A DNA stretch of 64,000 bases, taken from Tricharina praecox. Taxonomy: Eukaryota. The translations under genes were made by a program, and so were the position numbers. Below are positions 1 to 11,052 of the stretch, in pieces. Position 1 is the stretch's first letter. Each line of letters opens with the position of its first letter. The DNA lies in the NCBI RefSeq assembly GCF_024521635.1, contig NW_026250427.1:248001-312000 (forward strand). The letters are read 5' to 3'. The notes under the pieces were generated by a model. It was given only the letters and a program-made list of their open reading frames with translations, had not been told where the DNA came from and made no database searches.

Positions 1-184
1 GCTGGCTATGTCACACTGCGCGTGTTCCTTTTGGCAGTGAGAAGGAAGCAAGCTTTGGTCCGTTCTTTTGGATCTCGCGATTCGCGAAATCATGACAGTT
101 GAGTGAATGGATTCTGGCGAAGGGATACGTCTATGATCTAAGCTCTATCGTTCTAGAAATCAAAAACAACGCTTTCTACAACCC

Positions 185-892
185 TCAAAACATTGCGAGT
201 AGATCATCAACAATCTCCTCCTTCTTTTCCTCCTTCACACTGCTCAATATGAACCCGACGAGCGCATTAACCATTGGCTTCTGCGCTGGTAAATAATGTC
301 CACCAGGATGGTACACCGTCCGCTTATCCCCATCCACACACGCCTTCATGAGTTCGAGACTCCTTTCCTCATCAACAACCGTATCCAAACTCCCAATAAC
401 ATGTAACACCTTCGTCTCGATGCTTGGTTCGTACCACTCCCGATACATGTCGGGCGCTCTGAAGCCGCTGTAGCAAACCGCGAACTTCAACGGCGGGTGC
501 GAGGTAGTAAACTCCTCCGGCCGCTTCCGCCCCTTCTCCAGGATCGCTGCGAGAATAGCCGCGAAGGCGGCGCCCTGGGAGAACCCGATAACGCCGTCAA
601 ACGGTCCATGGGTGTCGAGGTACGACGAGATGAAGAGGAAGGTCTCTGGAAGACCAGTGTACGCGGATGTGGGCGTTGCGCGTCGCCACCACGCGTACGC
701 TTCGAGGTCGGCTGCATCGTCGGCGACCGCGTCGCCGGGGATGTCGGCGGGGGAGAGCTTAATCGGCGCTGTAGGAAAGTGAAGGGTTGTGTCGGCGCCC
801 AGCGACTTCGTTAGCGCCTTCTGGACGGCTTTCGTCTTCGCAGAGAACAGCGGACCGGATTGCGTGTAGCCATGAAGGAAGAGAAGGTTCAT
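185..892 (-). CDS. FSH1/OVCA2-family serine hydrolase (alpha/beta hydrolase)
   Basis: Intronless 235-aa ORF with family motifs LHGYTQS, GPFDGVIGFSQGA (nucleophile GxSxG), HVIGSLD and HPGGH. Confidence 0.93.
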   Translation of the reverse strand: MNLLFLHGYTQSGPLFSAKTKAVQKALTKSLGADTTLHFPTAPIKLSPADIPGDAVADDAADLEAYAWWRRATPTSAYTGLPETFLFISSYLDTHGPFDGVIGFSQGAAFAAILAAILEKGRKRPEEFTTSHPPLKFAVCYSGFRAPDMYREWYEPSIETKVLHVIGSLDTVVDEERSLELMKACVDGDKRTVYHPGGHYLPAQKPMVNALVGFILSSVKEEKKEEIVDDLLAMF

Positions 893-1281
893 GGCGATGG
901 TGGTAGGTGAGGACGGGCCGGGTATGAGGATGAGGGATGAGAGGAGGACGGAAGTGACAGTGGTTATATCATGGTGGACGCGACATCGCGGGGATGTTTC
1001 GGACGGGATTGATCATCATGGTGAGTCTAGGATTAGTTACTTCTCTAGCCGAGGCGGAACGCCACCGGAGATACCCACGCCAAGCCGAGAGAGGTTAGAA
1101 AGCGAGTACGAGGTTATGAAGCGAGTGCAAAACTGTGGACTACTACGAGAGAAAAAGAGAGAGAGATTTTCCTTTTTCAAATCGTTGCCGAGACGACGGC
1201 ATCCCACCGAGTCACCGAGAAGTATCACAAACCACACCTTCATCATCCTCACCCACCACCCTCGGTACCAACACAATCGCA

Positions 1282-3127
1282 ATGGCCGCCAAGCTGCTTC
1301 GGCGGCTGCTCAGCCTCTCTATTTTCCTCTTGATCCTTGGATCTTTCTTTTTCTGCTTCACCCTCGCAGATCAGATCGTCCCTCGTGCTGACTCCCCTCA
1401 CGTCCCTGTCACCACTCACTTGCCTAGCTTCCATGGATACCCTTTCCCAAAATCTAGGCACGGTTCAGACGTCAAACAAAAAACCCCGCCTTTCCCGATT
1501 AACCAGATTGTGCTCTACGTCTGCGGCGTCATCTTCGTGACCAGCGGGATAGTCCTACGTTTTGTCTCCTACAGAGGCGACCAAGAGGACGACGTCGAGG
1601 TACTCAGGTCACGTAAGATTGGCGACTGGGCTGTCTGCATCGCCTTTGTGTTGTATCTCACCGTGACCGGCCTCCAGTTCTTCCTCCTCACGGAAGGGTA
1701 TAAACTGGCGGACCGCATCGATCCGGTGTATGGTGCGCACTTTGGCGTGAGTGTGGACGTGCGCGTGCGGAAAGGGAAGGTGAGATATTTGGACCGGTTG
1801 AGATCGAAGAAATATCGTTGCTGATCGGTTTGTTAATAGATCTTGTATGTGTCAAGGATCCTCTACTCCGTGGTCGTCTACGCCACCAAGATTCCCTACC
1901 TGGCGCACTACTCATCGGTGCGCCATGTGAGTAATCCGCGCTACAACTACTTGCTCCGGGTCCTGGGGGTCGCGACCCTGGTCGGCTTTTTCGTCGCCAT
2001 TTTCACATCTATGTTCACCTGTGGTCGTCCGAGCAACAGCTGGTGGGTGACCGTTTGTGTGTGCCTCCAAGTGATAACGCATGATTGACAAGCATGTGCA
2101 GGGCTCTGGGACGCTACGAGATGTGCAATCCGTTCTTGAATATATGGAGTAAGTACACCGTAGCCATGAATATTTTTGGTGAGAGGAATGACTAATTTTA
2201 CCAGTACTGATGGCCAACTCAATCCTCAACCTCTCCACGCAGACGCTGAGTACGTCCTCCTCAAGTCCCTTTCCCCTCGAACTACCACTAACCCCATTAG
2301 TCCTCCTCTATCCTCTCCAAACGGCGGTAGATATGCAAAGCAGCAGCATCCTGCTCCGGACCAAAGCTCTCTTCATCTTCTTCCTCTACGGGATGTGGCC
2401 ATTGGTCACCGGATACGTGCGCGTGTTCATAATCCTTTTCTACATCGATGTCAATACCGGCGCCCCGCTCACCTCTCCCACCTCCCTCACCGCTATGGCC
2501 ACGGAGTCCGACATGGCCGCGCTGATCGTCACCGCTTCGATTCCGCAGTACCGCATACTTTGGAGGAAGGTTACGACCGCGGACGGCATATTGACCATCT
2601 GGTGGTATTGGTGTTTCTCAATCGACCGTAGGTGGAGGAAGGTGCTGCTGTGCGGCCAGCAGCCGACGAGACGGATTCATCCGCCCTGGATTCGCAAGAA
2701 GAAGGCAAAGAAGAATCTCCGGCCGGGTGCGTTCAATCTGGATCTCGGAAGCTTCGAGTTCAACTATCCAGCCGGTACCGTGCGTGGAAGTGTCGAAAAT
2801 GTTGCTGCAACTGCTACCGCTACCGGTTCTTCGGACGTCGCCGCTGCTCCTGCCGCTTCTGCTGCTGCTGCTGCTTTTGCTTCTCCCATGACCACCAGTG
2901 AAAGTGGCGCGGCCTGGAGCCAGCCCGCTGAGGCGTTCGAGTTGTCTGATTTGGGCACGGGCGTTGATGCCACCGGCGGCAACTATGGCACCAGAAACAG
3001 GAGCAGCTACAGCAATGCTACTGGCGGCTTACACCACAGGAACCGTAGCATCGCCGGGAGTTCCACGATAACAAGAACAACGGCAGAAACTAGCGCCGGA
3101 ACCATTTCGGCTCCCTTTCTCCGGTAG
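1282..3127 (+). CDS. Multi-pass membrane protein, fungal rhodopsin-domain (PTH11/SAT4-like), spliced
   Basis: ATG at 1282 with a signal-like hydrophobic N-terminus. Hydrophobic helices continue across ORFs 1135-1824, 1843-2088 and 2210-3127, joined by GT-AG introns (e.g. 1780-1839). Pattern LRF..GDW, YxxxxYATK, C..P..W, ASIP.YR; Ser/Ala-rich C-tail. Inner exon boundaries are approximate. Confidence 0.7.
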
Positions 3128-4615
3128 TTGTGGTGTGCCTGGTGTTTTGTTTGGCCCACCGGCTCGGAGATGGCTAGACGGAGGAGCCGATGCCGCTGCT
3201 GGTGGGATGGAGGTGGACATTAGATAGGCAGAATTACATTTTCACTCTTAGTATGGCACCTTTTTCTTCTTCCTTTCTGCTGTTTGTTCCGCTTCACAGT
3301 ACAGTGATTTGGAGGAACGACACTGCCACGGATATCCTGTCGGCTTTGACCTCCAGGTATCACATCGAAACGCGTCGCAGTGCTATCATAGTTCTCGGTC
3401 TGCGAGAGCTGCATGAAGCCACGGGGGTTCTTCTTGCGTCGCAAACGTATCAACTGACTGAATGACTGATACAGAAAGCATACGGACATCCATAGAAGAA
3501 GATATATGGTGGGAAAATCGGAGGAGCAGGTTAACTTTCTTTGCATCAATACTACGTTGCGCACATAGCTCCAAGATCATACTAGTACATCTCATCCCCT
3601 TCTCTCTAAAGTTCACTCCATCAATCGTTCCCTACCAGGCTACCATGGGTCCTATCTTCAATCATCACTGAGTAACATCCTCCAAACTGGAGCAATAACT
3701 CTCAAGAACCAGCAGTTGGACTATTAATGTCCGATGTGCGACTTCAGTGGGCGACATCCATCGTCCAAATATGGCAGGCACATCCAGTTCATGATCTATC
3801 ACTTGCTCTTCACGTGACTAAGGTTTCGGATCCCGCTTCATTCTTTGTTTGTAGCTTGATAGCTTCTTAGTGACAATAGAGAGTCCTCACTCAGAGAGAC
3901 GGACTTTTAGAGATCGCCGAGGCAAGATCTGCTATGAGCCGAGGGGCCAAGTGGCTGCTACCGTATGATCGCTAGGAGGATAGGTGATAGAATGGATTAT
4001 GGAACTTCACAGGGAATAATCCATGAAGAAGCCCGTATATCTACCCGACTGTGTTTACAACATTTCAAACGTTTGTTCGGTATGAGTCCAATCTCCGGCA
4101 GGATGCTCTCGATTCACTACAAGTTCTCGCATGTAGCGGCGGCGGAACAAACGGGGAGACCAACACCGGGTTCCTGCACAACATTCCACAGGTGAAAATC
4201 GAGTTGACGAGGACTTGTTGCAAGAGCCGGTAGAATAACCACAGGGGCTGCTGCACTTACTTCTCCTTCGCTTTTTGCTGTTGTGTCTCCCAAATCACCC
4301 CACATTAGACAAAGACATTTAGCCCAAGTTGCGTCGAACACTATCGTGGTCTCGCACTATTGGCCTCCGTCGGAAAAGACGAGGGAGGAGTAACGAGAGG
4401 TAGACGGGGAAAGACTAGAGGTAGTCTCGTGGAGTACCCTCACACATGGCGCCACAGCGTTACACGATCCTCGACCGGCAAGAACGTCGTCCCAAACCGT
4501 CGGCTCTATGTCAATACGCATGATCGGTCGCTAAACGTGGAAGTGGGGAGATGAAAAGGAGGGGTGCGTCTTCGCACCTTTGATACCAGTGCCACCTCAA
4601 CTCCTCGCACATACC

Positions 4616-5425
4616 ATGAACGCACTCCCCATCTGCGAACCATGCAATCTCATATTCCCCCATCGCGCCGCACTGTGGGAACATCGCATAGCAGCTCAAC
4701 ACTTACGATGCAACCTCTGCAACACGTACGTCGTCGATCCTTCGCAGTTATCGCTACACCTACAGCTTTTCCACACCGACCTGCGGCACAGATACTGCTT
4801 CGAGTGCGCGTGGGTGTTCGCTGATGCCGAGGCGCTCAACTGCCACCTCCAGTGGAGTCCGCGACATCGGTCTCAGCGGCTGCAGTACGCGCTCGCACCA
4901 GCGGTAGTAAGCGTTCAGCAGACGATGCAGGGATATCGGAAGGAGAAGCAACATCACTGCACCGAGTGCGAGCGGTATTTCGTGAATGCGGCGGGACTGA
5001 AGTCGCACCTTGCGAGCAGTTTACGGCATCGGCGACCGGGCTCCCAGAGCACCGCCGCAAAAACCGGACGCCTAATGGTGACTAATATACCTTGTGCCGT
5101 CCCTGATCGCGAACGTGAGATTCCGCAATCGCAGGCAAAAGTCACGAGGACACAGAGAGTCCAGCTACCCCACTGCGCACAGCAGAATGCCGTGCCGGCT
5201 ACTGCTGCAGTGAAATCCGCACAAACGCCGACCTCGGTGAGCCGACACCAGCGCCCCGGTCCGGCGTTAGCATATCGTACTCGTACCACCCGAAAACCCC
5301 GCCCTTCAGCGAATCTGTTGCCGCAGCCTGCTCGGAATACTATTAAGCCATCACGACCGACAGCACAGCAGCCGACACCGGAGCCCATTATCCCCTACCG
5401 CAATACATGGCTGTGGTCTATCTGA
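4616..5425 (+). CDS. C2H2-type zinc finger protein (4 fingers)
   Basis: CEPC..H..H, CNLC..H..H, CFEC..H..H and CTEC..H..H; first ATG at 4616; low-complexity basic C-terminus. Confidence 0.75.
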   Translation: MNALPICEPCNLIFPHRAALWEHRIAAQHLRCNLCNTYVVDPSQLSLHLQLFHTDLRHRYCFECAWVFADAEALNCHLQWSPRHRSQRLQYALAPAVVSVQQTMQGYRKEKQHHCTECERYFVNAAGLKSHLASSLRHRRPGSQSTAAKTGRLMVTNIPCAVPDREREIPQSQAKVTRTQRVQLPHCAQQNAVPATAAVKSAQTPTSVSRHQRPGPALAYRTRTTRKPRPSANLLPQPARNTIKPSRPTAQQPTPEPIIPYRNTWLWSI

Positions 5426-5850
5426 TAAACTGTACCTTGTACCTCCCCGGAGGTCATCTGATGGTCCATGTCGCTTCTCCGCCACGGCAACCGCAGAGAG
5501 GCTGGAGGGGAGGCGTCAGGTGTACTGTAGTTCTGCTGCGGTCTGGATTTTGCGGATTGTAGCCAGGTTGTTCTAGGCTCGCAGATCATATGGTGGTTAT
5601 GTAGGCTCGAGGAGGAGGAGGAGGAGGAGGAGGAGGAGGAGGATAATGAGGATGAGTATTGTTTACAGTAGGTGAGGGTTGGCAGATTTCTCAAGCGCGT
5701 CCGGGCAGCACCAGCATAAGAGTGGCTTCTCGATGTATCTATTGCGGGAAATACGATTAAAGAGAAGAGGAACTTCTGTCGCGGTTGCCATTACCGGTAT
5801 CCTCGGCGATGGAAAACTTGGACCTGTCCATGACTGCTTTATAACGCCGC

Positions 5851-5977
5851 GCCACATCGCGCTGGCTGGTAACGGGGTCTCGAACCCCCGGCCGGCCACA
5901 GTGAGCAGGAAAGGAGTGCGACAGTTCGCCATAGTCTAGATAGGCTGCATGCGAAATAAACTGAAAATCTCTCTCTT
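5851..5977 (+). mobile_element. Retroposon 3'-tail module T (LINE 3'UTR-like) ending in (CT)n
   Basis: gccacatcg...gttcgccatagtctagataggctgcatgcgaaataaac...ctctct. Homologous segments at 7289-7464(-), 8455-8511(-), 53163-53248(+) and 55005-55035(+). Resembles the LINE 3' end at 31285-31406. Confidence 0.65.
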
Positions 5978-6062
5978 TCTCGTCGGGCGTCATAACAAAT
6001 TACATCCGCAACATGTACTCTACAGCTACTCTACAGGACCCACCCGCGCGCCAGACCCATTG

Positions 6063-6459
6063 GCTCTCCTTTCTTCGCCCTCTCGCATAGCAGCCAGAGA
6101 AGCACTGAAAAAAAACAGGGGATCCAGTCAGAACATCTGCAGCTGAGCGCCCAGACCCAAATTCCAAAAAGTAAGCAAACAGTACCTAACCAACACATAG
6201 AGATACTCTCATCCCCAATCGACCCGCTGTGACTCGGTGAATCACAGAGGAATCGAAATGAGCGATGACCTGATATGTGTGTTGACCTGGTATGTTCACC
6301 GATGATGGTGGGGAGAAAAGAGAGAGGAGAGAGTGGGGGAGGAGAGAGAGGGTTTTATAGGTGTTGTGGGAGTTCTTGGAATCAAAATTTCGCCCCCGCA
6401 TGAGCGGTCACTCGTCGTCGCTAGCCCTAGGCACTAGCGTCACTGGCGGCAACACCAGG
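6063..6459 (+). mobile_element. Dispersed non-coding element R, copy 1 (truncated)
   Basis: Aligns by eye with 6775-7276 (inverted), 44728-45121 (inverted), 52954-53147 and 55151-55692. Strand is the putative retroposon sense; the TATA/hairpin cassette reads on the opposite strand. Confidence 0.85.
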
Positions 6460-6774
6460 AAAAATTGAGGAAAGCTCCACCAGACCTGGAGGAGGATGAG
6501 GAGGAGGAAAGCATCGCATCGGGACCTAACAAGGGTGCCCAGCAGGGTAATGCGTCTGCGGCCGGTGCGAGGAAGTAAGAAATGAGGATATGCAGTGATA
6601 TGTTCTTGGTGTGATTTTCTATGTTATTTTTTTGGCTGGCAGCGGCCCATCCAGCGGCGTAACCGGCGTTGCAGTTTCTTGGTTCTTTAACCTACCTACG
6701 CTGTGTACAGCTCTACCACTATGGCCCGTTACTGCGCCGCTGCCTACCACCGGATTTCACAAAGGAAAAACTTT

Positions 6775-7276
6775 CCTGGTGTTGCCGCCTGTGACGCTAG
6801 TTCTTAGGGCTAGCAACGCCGAGTGACCGACTATGCTTCTGCGAAATCGAGAACCCGCCAACACCTATAAAAGCCTCCCTCCCCTCCCCAACTGTCTCCT
6901 TTCTCCTTATCATCTGCGAACATACCAGGCCAACACACATATCAGGTCATCGCTTATTTCGATTCCTCTACGATTCAGTGATTCGCAGCGGGTCGATTGC
7001 GATGAGAGTATCTCTATGTGTTGGTCTGGTACTGTTTGCTTACTTTTTGGAATTGGGGTCTGGGCGCTCAGCTGCAGATGTTCTGACTGGATCCCCTGTT
7101 TTTTTTCATTGCTTCTCTGGCTGCTATGCGAGAGGGCGAGGAAAGGAGAGCAGGTTGGTGCAGTGCTTGGGCGGCTCATGTTGAGTACTTAGTTGCATCC
7201 AATCTAGAACTCGTGGAAGCAATGAGTTCAATACTGGTTCCCTATTGCTCTCTGCCCAGCCCTCCCCGAGCGTCAA
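6775..7276 (-). mobile_element. Dispersed non-coding element R, copy 2 (near full length)
   Basis: Reverse-complement homolog of 55151-55692. Flanked by direct repeat cctggtgttg at 6775-6784 and 7278-7287. Confidence 0.85.
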
Positions 7277-7288
7277 CCCTGGTGTTGA

Positions 7289-7464
7289 GAGAGAGAGAGA
7301 TCTTCCTGTTTGATTTCGCATGCAGCCTATCTATACTATGGCGAACCCACGACCTCCGTTACTTGTCCGCCCTGGCCAGTCAAGGTGAAAGCCCCGGTAC
7401 CGACCAGTCCGATGCGGCACCCCACTTCCCCTGCCCACCCGCCTCGGGCCGACACAAGCAAAAT
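7289..7464 (-). mobile_element. 5'-truncated retroposon tail module T with 12-bp target-site duplication
   Basis: (GA)n tail at 7287-7300 on +. Perfect direct repeat ccctggtgttga at 7277-7288 and 7465-7476. Confidence 0.75.
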
Positions 7465-8454
7465 CCCTGGTGTTGATTTTCCTTACCGCCTGCTAGGCTT
7501 TGAGAGCGAATCTCTGGCCTGGGCCGGGAGCATCGTAGCTTATTCTCTTCATAGCTGTTTGTGAGTCCGTGAAATTAACCGAATCACCCACCTACTGTCC
7601 AACTGTCCATTTACTGTGTCCCATAAACCCAAATACGGTATCTCTGCGTATTGAGTATCGAACGGCAGCCCAAGGGCCAATGCAACCACAAATAGTACCA
7701 GCAAGCCGGCTTCTTTTTGGGCAGAAACGTACCTAGCCCAAAGCAACTGTGGCACACCATGTACTCTGCGTGACCTTTTGTGCAGCGTAGTCTGGTGTGA
7801 TCTACTCCGCAATACGATACGATACGAAACCAGCCCTGTCATCCGTGCGAGGTGGGGCCCACTAGGTGCACGTATCGCATGGTTAGCTCCGTGGATCACT
7901 CGGGTATGTCGGATCGCAAAAGCTTACACGAGCTATATGATACGAGTTTAGGAGTAACACTCTAGCCGTAGTGCTAAGTATTTCCTTCGTTTACCGTAAA
8001 TGGAATACGGGGCGGGGCGATTTCCACCGTGCCGTATTCCTCGAGGTACCGATGATACGGGTGGAAGACGAGGTCAGACGGCACGTGCCGAGGCCGAGAA
8101 CAAGCATACAGCAGCAACAACCGCGCACGTAAGCTATACGAGGGGATATACCGAGCCCTGCCCCGGGTGAGAATCGAGATGCTGGCTGACGCCGATTCGG
8201 GACCTTCCGCGGGTTTGCCCGCTGCCCTGCGTTCAGACGCACTGCATACATATCGCTGTGCATCTCCTGCGAGGATTTGTCATTTCTCTGCAGAATGCGC
8301 ACTGCGCGGGATCTATGACGGGCACTGGGCGGAATCGATACCCGTGGTGACGTGTCCTACCTAGGTACACCGTTGAACCCGATTTGACCCTATTTCCACG
8401 GCCAACGGAGCCCTCCTCTATGATATTTGGCTGCGATGTTGTTGCACTGGCTAT

Positions 8455-8511
8455 GAGAGAGACAAAGATCTTCAGTTTATTTCGCATGTAGCCTATATAG
8501 ACTATAGCGAA
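8455..8511 (-). mobile_element. Short fragment of tail module T
   Basis: gagagagac..gatcttcagtttatttcgcatgtagcctatatagactatagcgaa is the reverse complement of the 5925-5977 module. Confidence 0.65.
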
Positions 8512-9182
8512 AGAATGCAATGATAAACAAAAAAAATGCTCATCATCGCACAAACCGAGTCATGAACCATGCATCGCTTACCATTACACCGAACAGTGAA
8601 CACCCCCAGAAAAACTCATTCGGCCACTGAGGCGAGGCGTCACAATCGCAGCGAAGAGGTGCACAACAGTCCAAATGAGTGAAAAGATTCAAGATTTATC
8701 ATTAAATAATAATTTTTGATCGCCATGCCCCCATGTCCGACCCATCCTCCGTCTCCCCGCTCCTCCCCACCCCCTCCCCTGATCGTAACTTTCGTATCCT
8801 CCATGTCATCCTCCATGTCTTGTATCCTCCGCTATTACTCATCCTCTCATCCCCTCACCCCCCTCCCCTCATCCCCCCTCCGCTCCTCCACCTCTCCCCA
8901 TGCCAATAGATCCATCATCCTCCCGATTATCGCACACTCATAAATCCCAGCCCATGCAAATTCCAAGCTACCGATGCAACGCAACGCAAGTGCAAGTCTA
9001 TCCCCGCAAACTCGAGGTCCAAAGCAAACATCAAACATCATAAACGGAAAAATAGAAAAACGAAAATGAAAATGATAAACGAAAAAAAGGAAGAGATAAT
9101 CAAAAACGCCTGTCGCAATGCTCATGAATAGGAAAGAAGAAAAGACAAGAAGAGGAGAGATGGGTGGTTAAGGGTGGTTAGC

Positions 9183-11052
9183 CTAGGCCACAGTAGCGGT
9201 AGGCTCAGCGATCTCGGCGATGGCATTGCCGGTGAGCGCGGGGCCGACGCGGGTGGCATGGTACTCCTCGAGGGCGGCCTCGACCTTCTTGACGTCCTTG
9301 TAAGCGCGGAGCTTTGCGAAGTTTGGGAGGACCTCGTCTCTAAGGGTGCGGATGGAGGTGCCGCGGTACTCCTGGGGGCGGAAGCGGGGGTCCATGGGGT
9401 CGATGAACTTTGTGGTCTCGGGGTAGCCGAAATCCGGGAGGGAGGTGATGTTGAACGCCGCCATCATGTCGTGGTCCTCGTGGATCAGGTTGTGGCAGTG
9501 GAACATGTACACGCCGTCCCAGGGCGCGTACTTGGCGAGGACGGTCACTTTCTCGTTGGTGCCGAGAGCGGCGACGTCCTTGAGCGCGGCCGCCTCGTAG
9601 GGTGTCACGTAGTTGCGCCCGATGGTCGTGTTGGTGCCGGCGCGCGGAGTGACGCCCTCACGCGCGATGATCTGGAAGTCGACAAGGTGGATGTGGATGG
9701 GGTGCGACCAGCCGCCGCCGCCCTGCAGCGTCCACTTCTCGGTGGTGCCGCGGGGGACGTTGCGGACGATGCGGTTCTTGGCGTCGGCGAAGGAGCGGTT
9801 GTTGATGGTCCACTCTCCGGCGGGGGGCGGGCCCTTGGGGCCGAAGCCGAACTGGAAGTGCTGGTCGACGGCTTCGTGGTTGACGGGGAGGTCGAGGTCG
9901 ACGAGCTTGGCGGGGAGCGGGCCGTTGCCCTTGCGGCTGGTGACTTTGTGGCCGACGCGGAACTGCATCACGTTGCCAGTGCCGTAGAAGATGGTGTCGG
10001 CGAAGGTGTCGGCGGACTTGAGAGTGAGCTTCTGGCCTTTGTATTGGGAGAAGTCGATGACGACCTCCCAGCGCTCGGCCATGGCTTGCACGAGGGACTC
10101 GGTCTCGACAGGGTGGGAGAGGAAACCAGAGTCCGAGCCGATGACCCACATGGGAACCTTCTCGGTCTCGCCGTAATCGCCCTTGCTCTCGAGCGTGAAG
10201 TTGAAGGTGTGCGAGGCGGCACCGTTGAGGAAGCGGAAGCGGTACTTGCGGGGCTCGACCTCGAGGTGGGGAAGGATCTGGCCGTTGACCGAGTAGGTGT
10301 CACCGTAAGTCGAGATGCGCTGCGCGCTCTCGTCACTGATGTTGCCGTTGGCGGTGTAGAAGCGGGACTGGAACATGAGCGGGATGTCGTATTTGCCGCG
10401 GGGAAGGTCGAACTTCTCCTCGAGGGCCTCGTCCTCGACGATATAGAAGCCAGCCTGGCCGGCATAGGCGTTCAGTGAGGTGATTCCCTGAGCGTGATCG
10501 TGGTACCACAGAGTGCGGGCACTCTGCTTGTTGGGGTAGTAGTAGTCCTTGTACTGTCCGGGCTTGATAGTGTCTGCAGCCCATCCGTCGAACGGAGCAC
10601 GGCTGTAGGAGCCGTGAAGATGGATCGAGGACTCTCGGAAGTACTCGTTGACGAAGCGAACGACCGTCTCGGTGCCCTTCTTGATCTTGAAGGTGGGGCC
10701 CGGGACCATCCCGTCGTATCCGATGAGGGTGGCATCCTCGAGGTCGGGGAAGAGGTTCTTGGTGAACTCCTTGATCTTGACCTCATAGAACTCGATCTTT
10801 GTGCCAGTCTTCCTGTCGGTGTATGTGCTATTGGGAAAGAAATGTCAGAGCGGCTGCGTCCAAGGGGATGAATGGGAGGAGAAAAACTCACGTCATGGGT
10901 TTCTTGACAGGAGGAATCGGAACCGGATACTCGAAGTCGTGATTATAAGGCGGCGATACTCGGCCAGAGGGAGCTGCTCCGGGTTGAGCAGTAACAGAAA
11001 CGATCGGAAGCAATGCTGCCACTGCAGCGAACATGAACGAGAGAGAAACCAT
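9183..11052 (-). CDS. Secreted multicopper oxidase, bilirubin oxidase type (exons 11052-10892, 10827-9183)
   Basis: Signal peptide MVSLSFMFAAVAALL; SPPY..PIPPVK N-terminus. Cu ligand motifs HLHG, WYHDH, HPIHIH and HCHNLIHEDHDMM. The GTGAGT...TAG intron at 10891-10828 restores frame. Confidence 0.93.

Noticed and set aside
7002..7184. Signal-peptide-like micro-ORF MRVSLCVGLVLFAYFLELGSG in element R
   Set aside because: Other copies have an early stop (6186), GTG instead of ATG (44972) or frameshifts (55093-55440).
6775..7345. Hammerhead, HDV-like ribozyme, spliceosomal snRNA or telomerase RNA identity for R/T
   Set aside because: No CUGANGA..GAAA core with stems, the UCCUCGC-like text lacks P3 pairing, invariant snRNA motifs are absent, and there is only a single TTAGGG. 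A covariance-model search is still advisable.
9174..10478. 434-aa + strand ORF (also 17200-18072 and 22922-24052)
   Set aside because: Antisense to GC3-rich real genes; no independent motifs.
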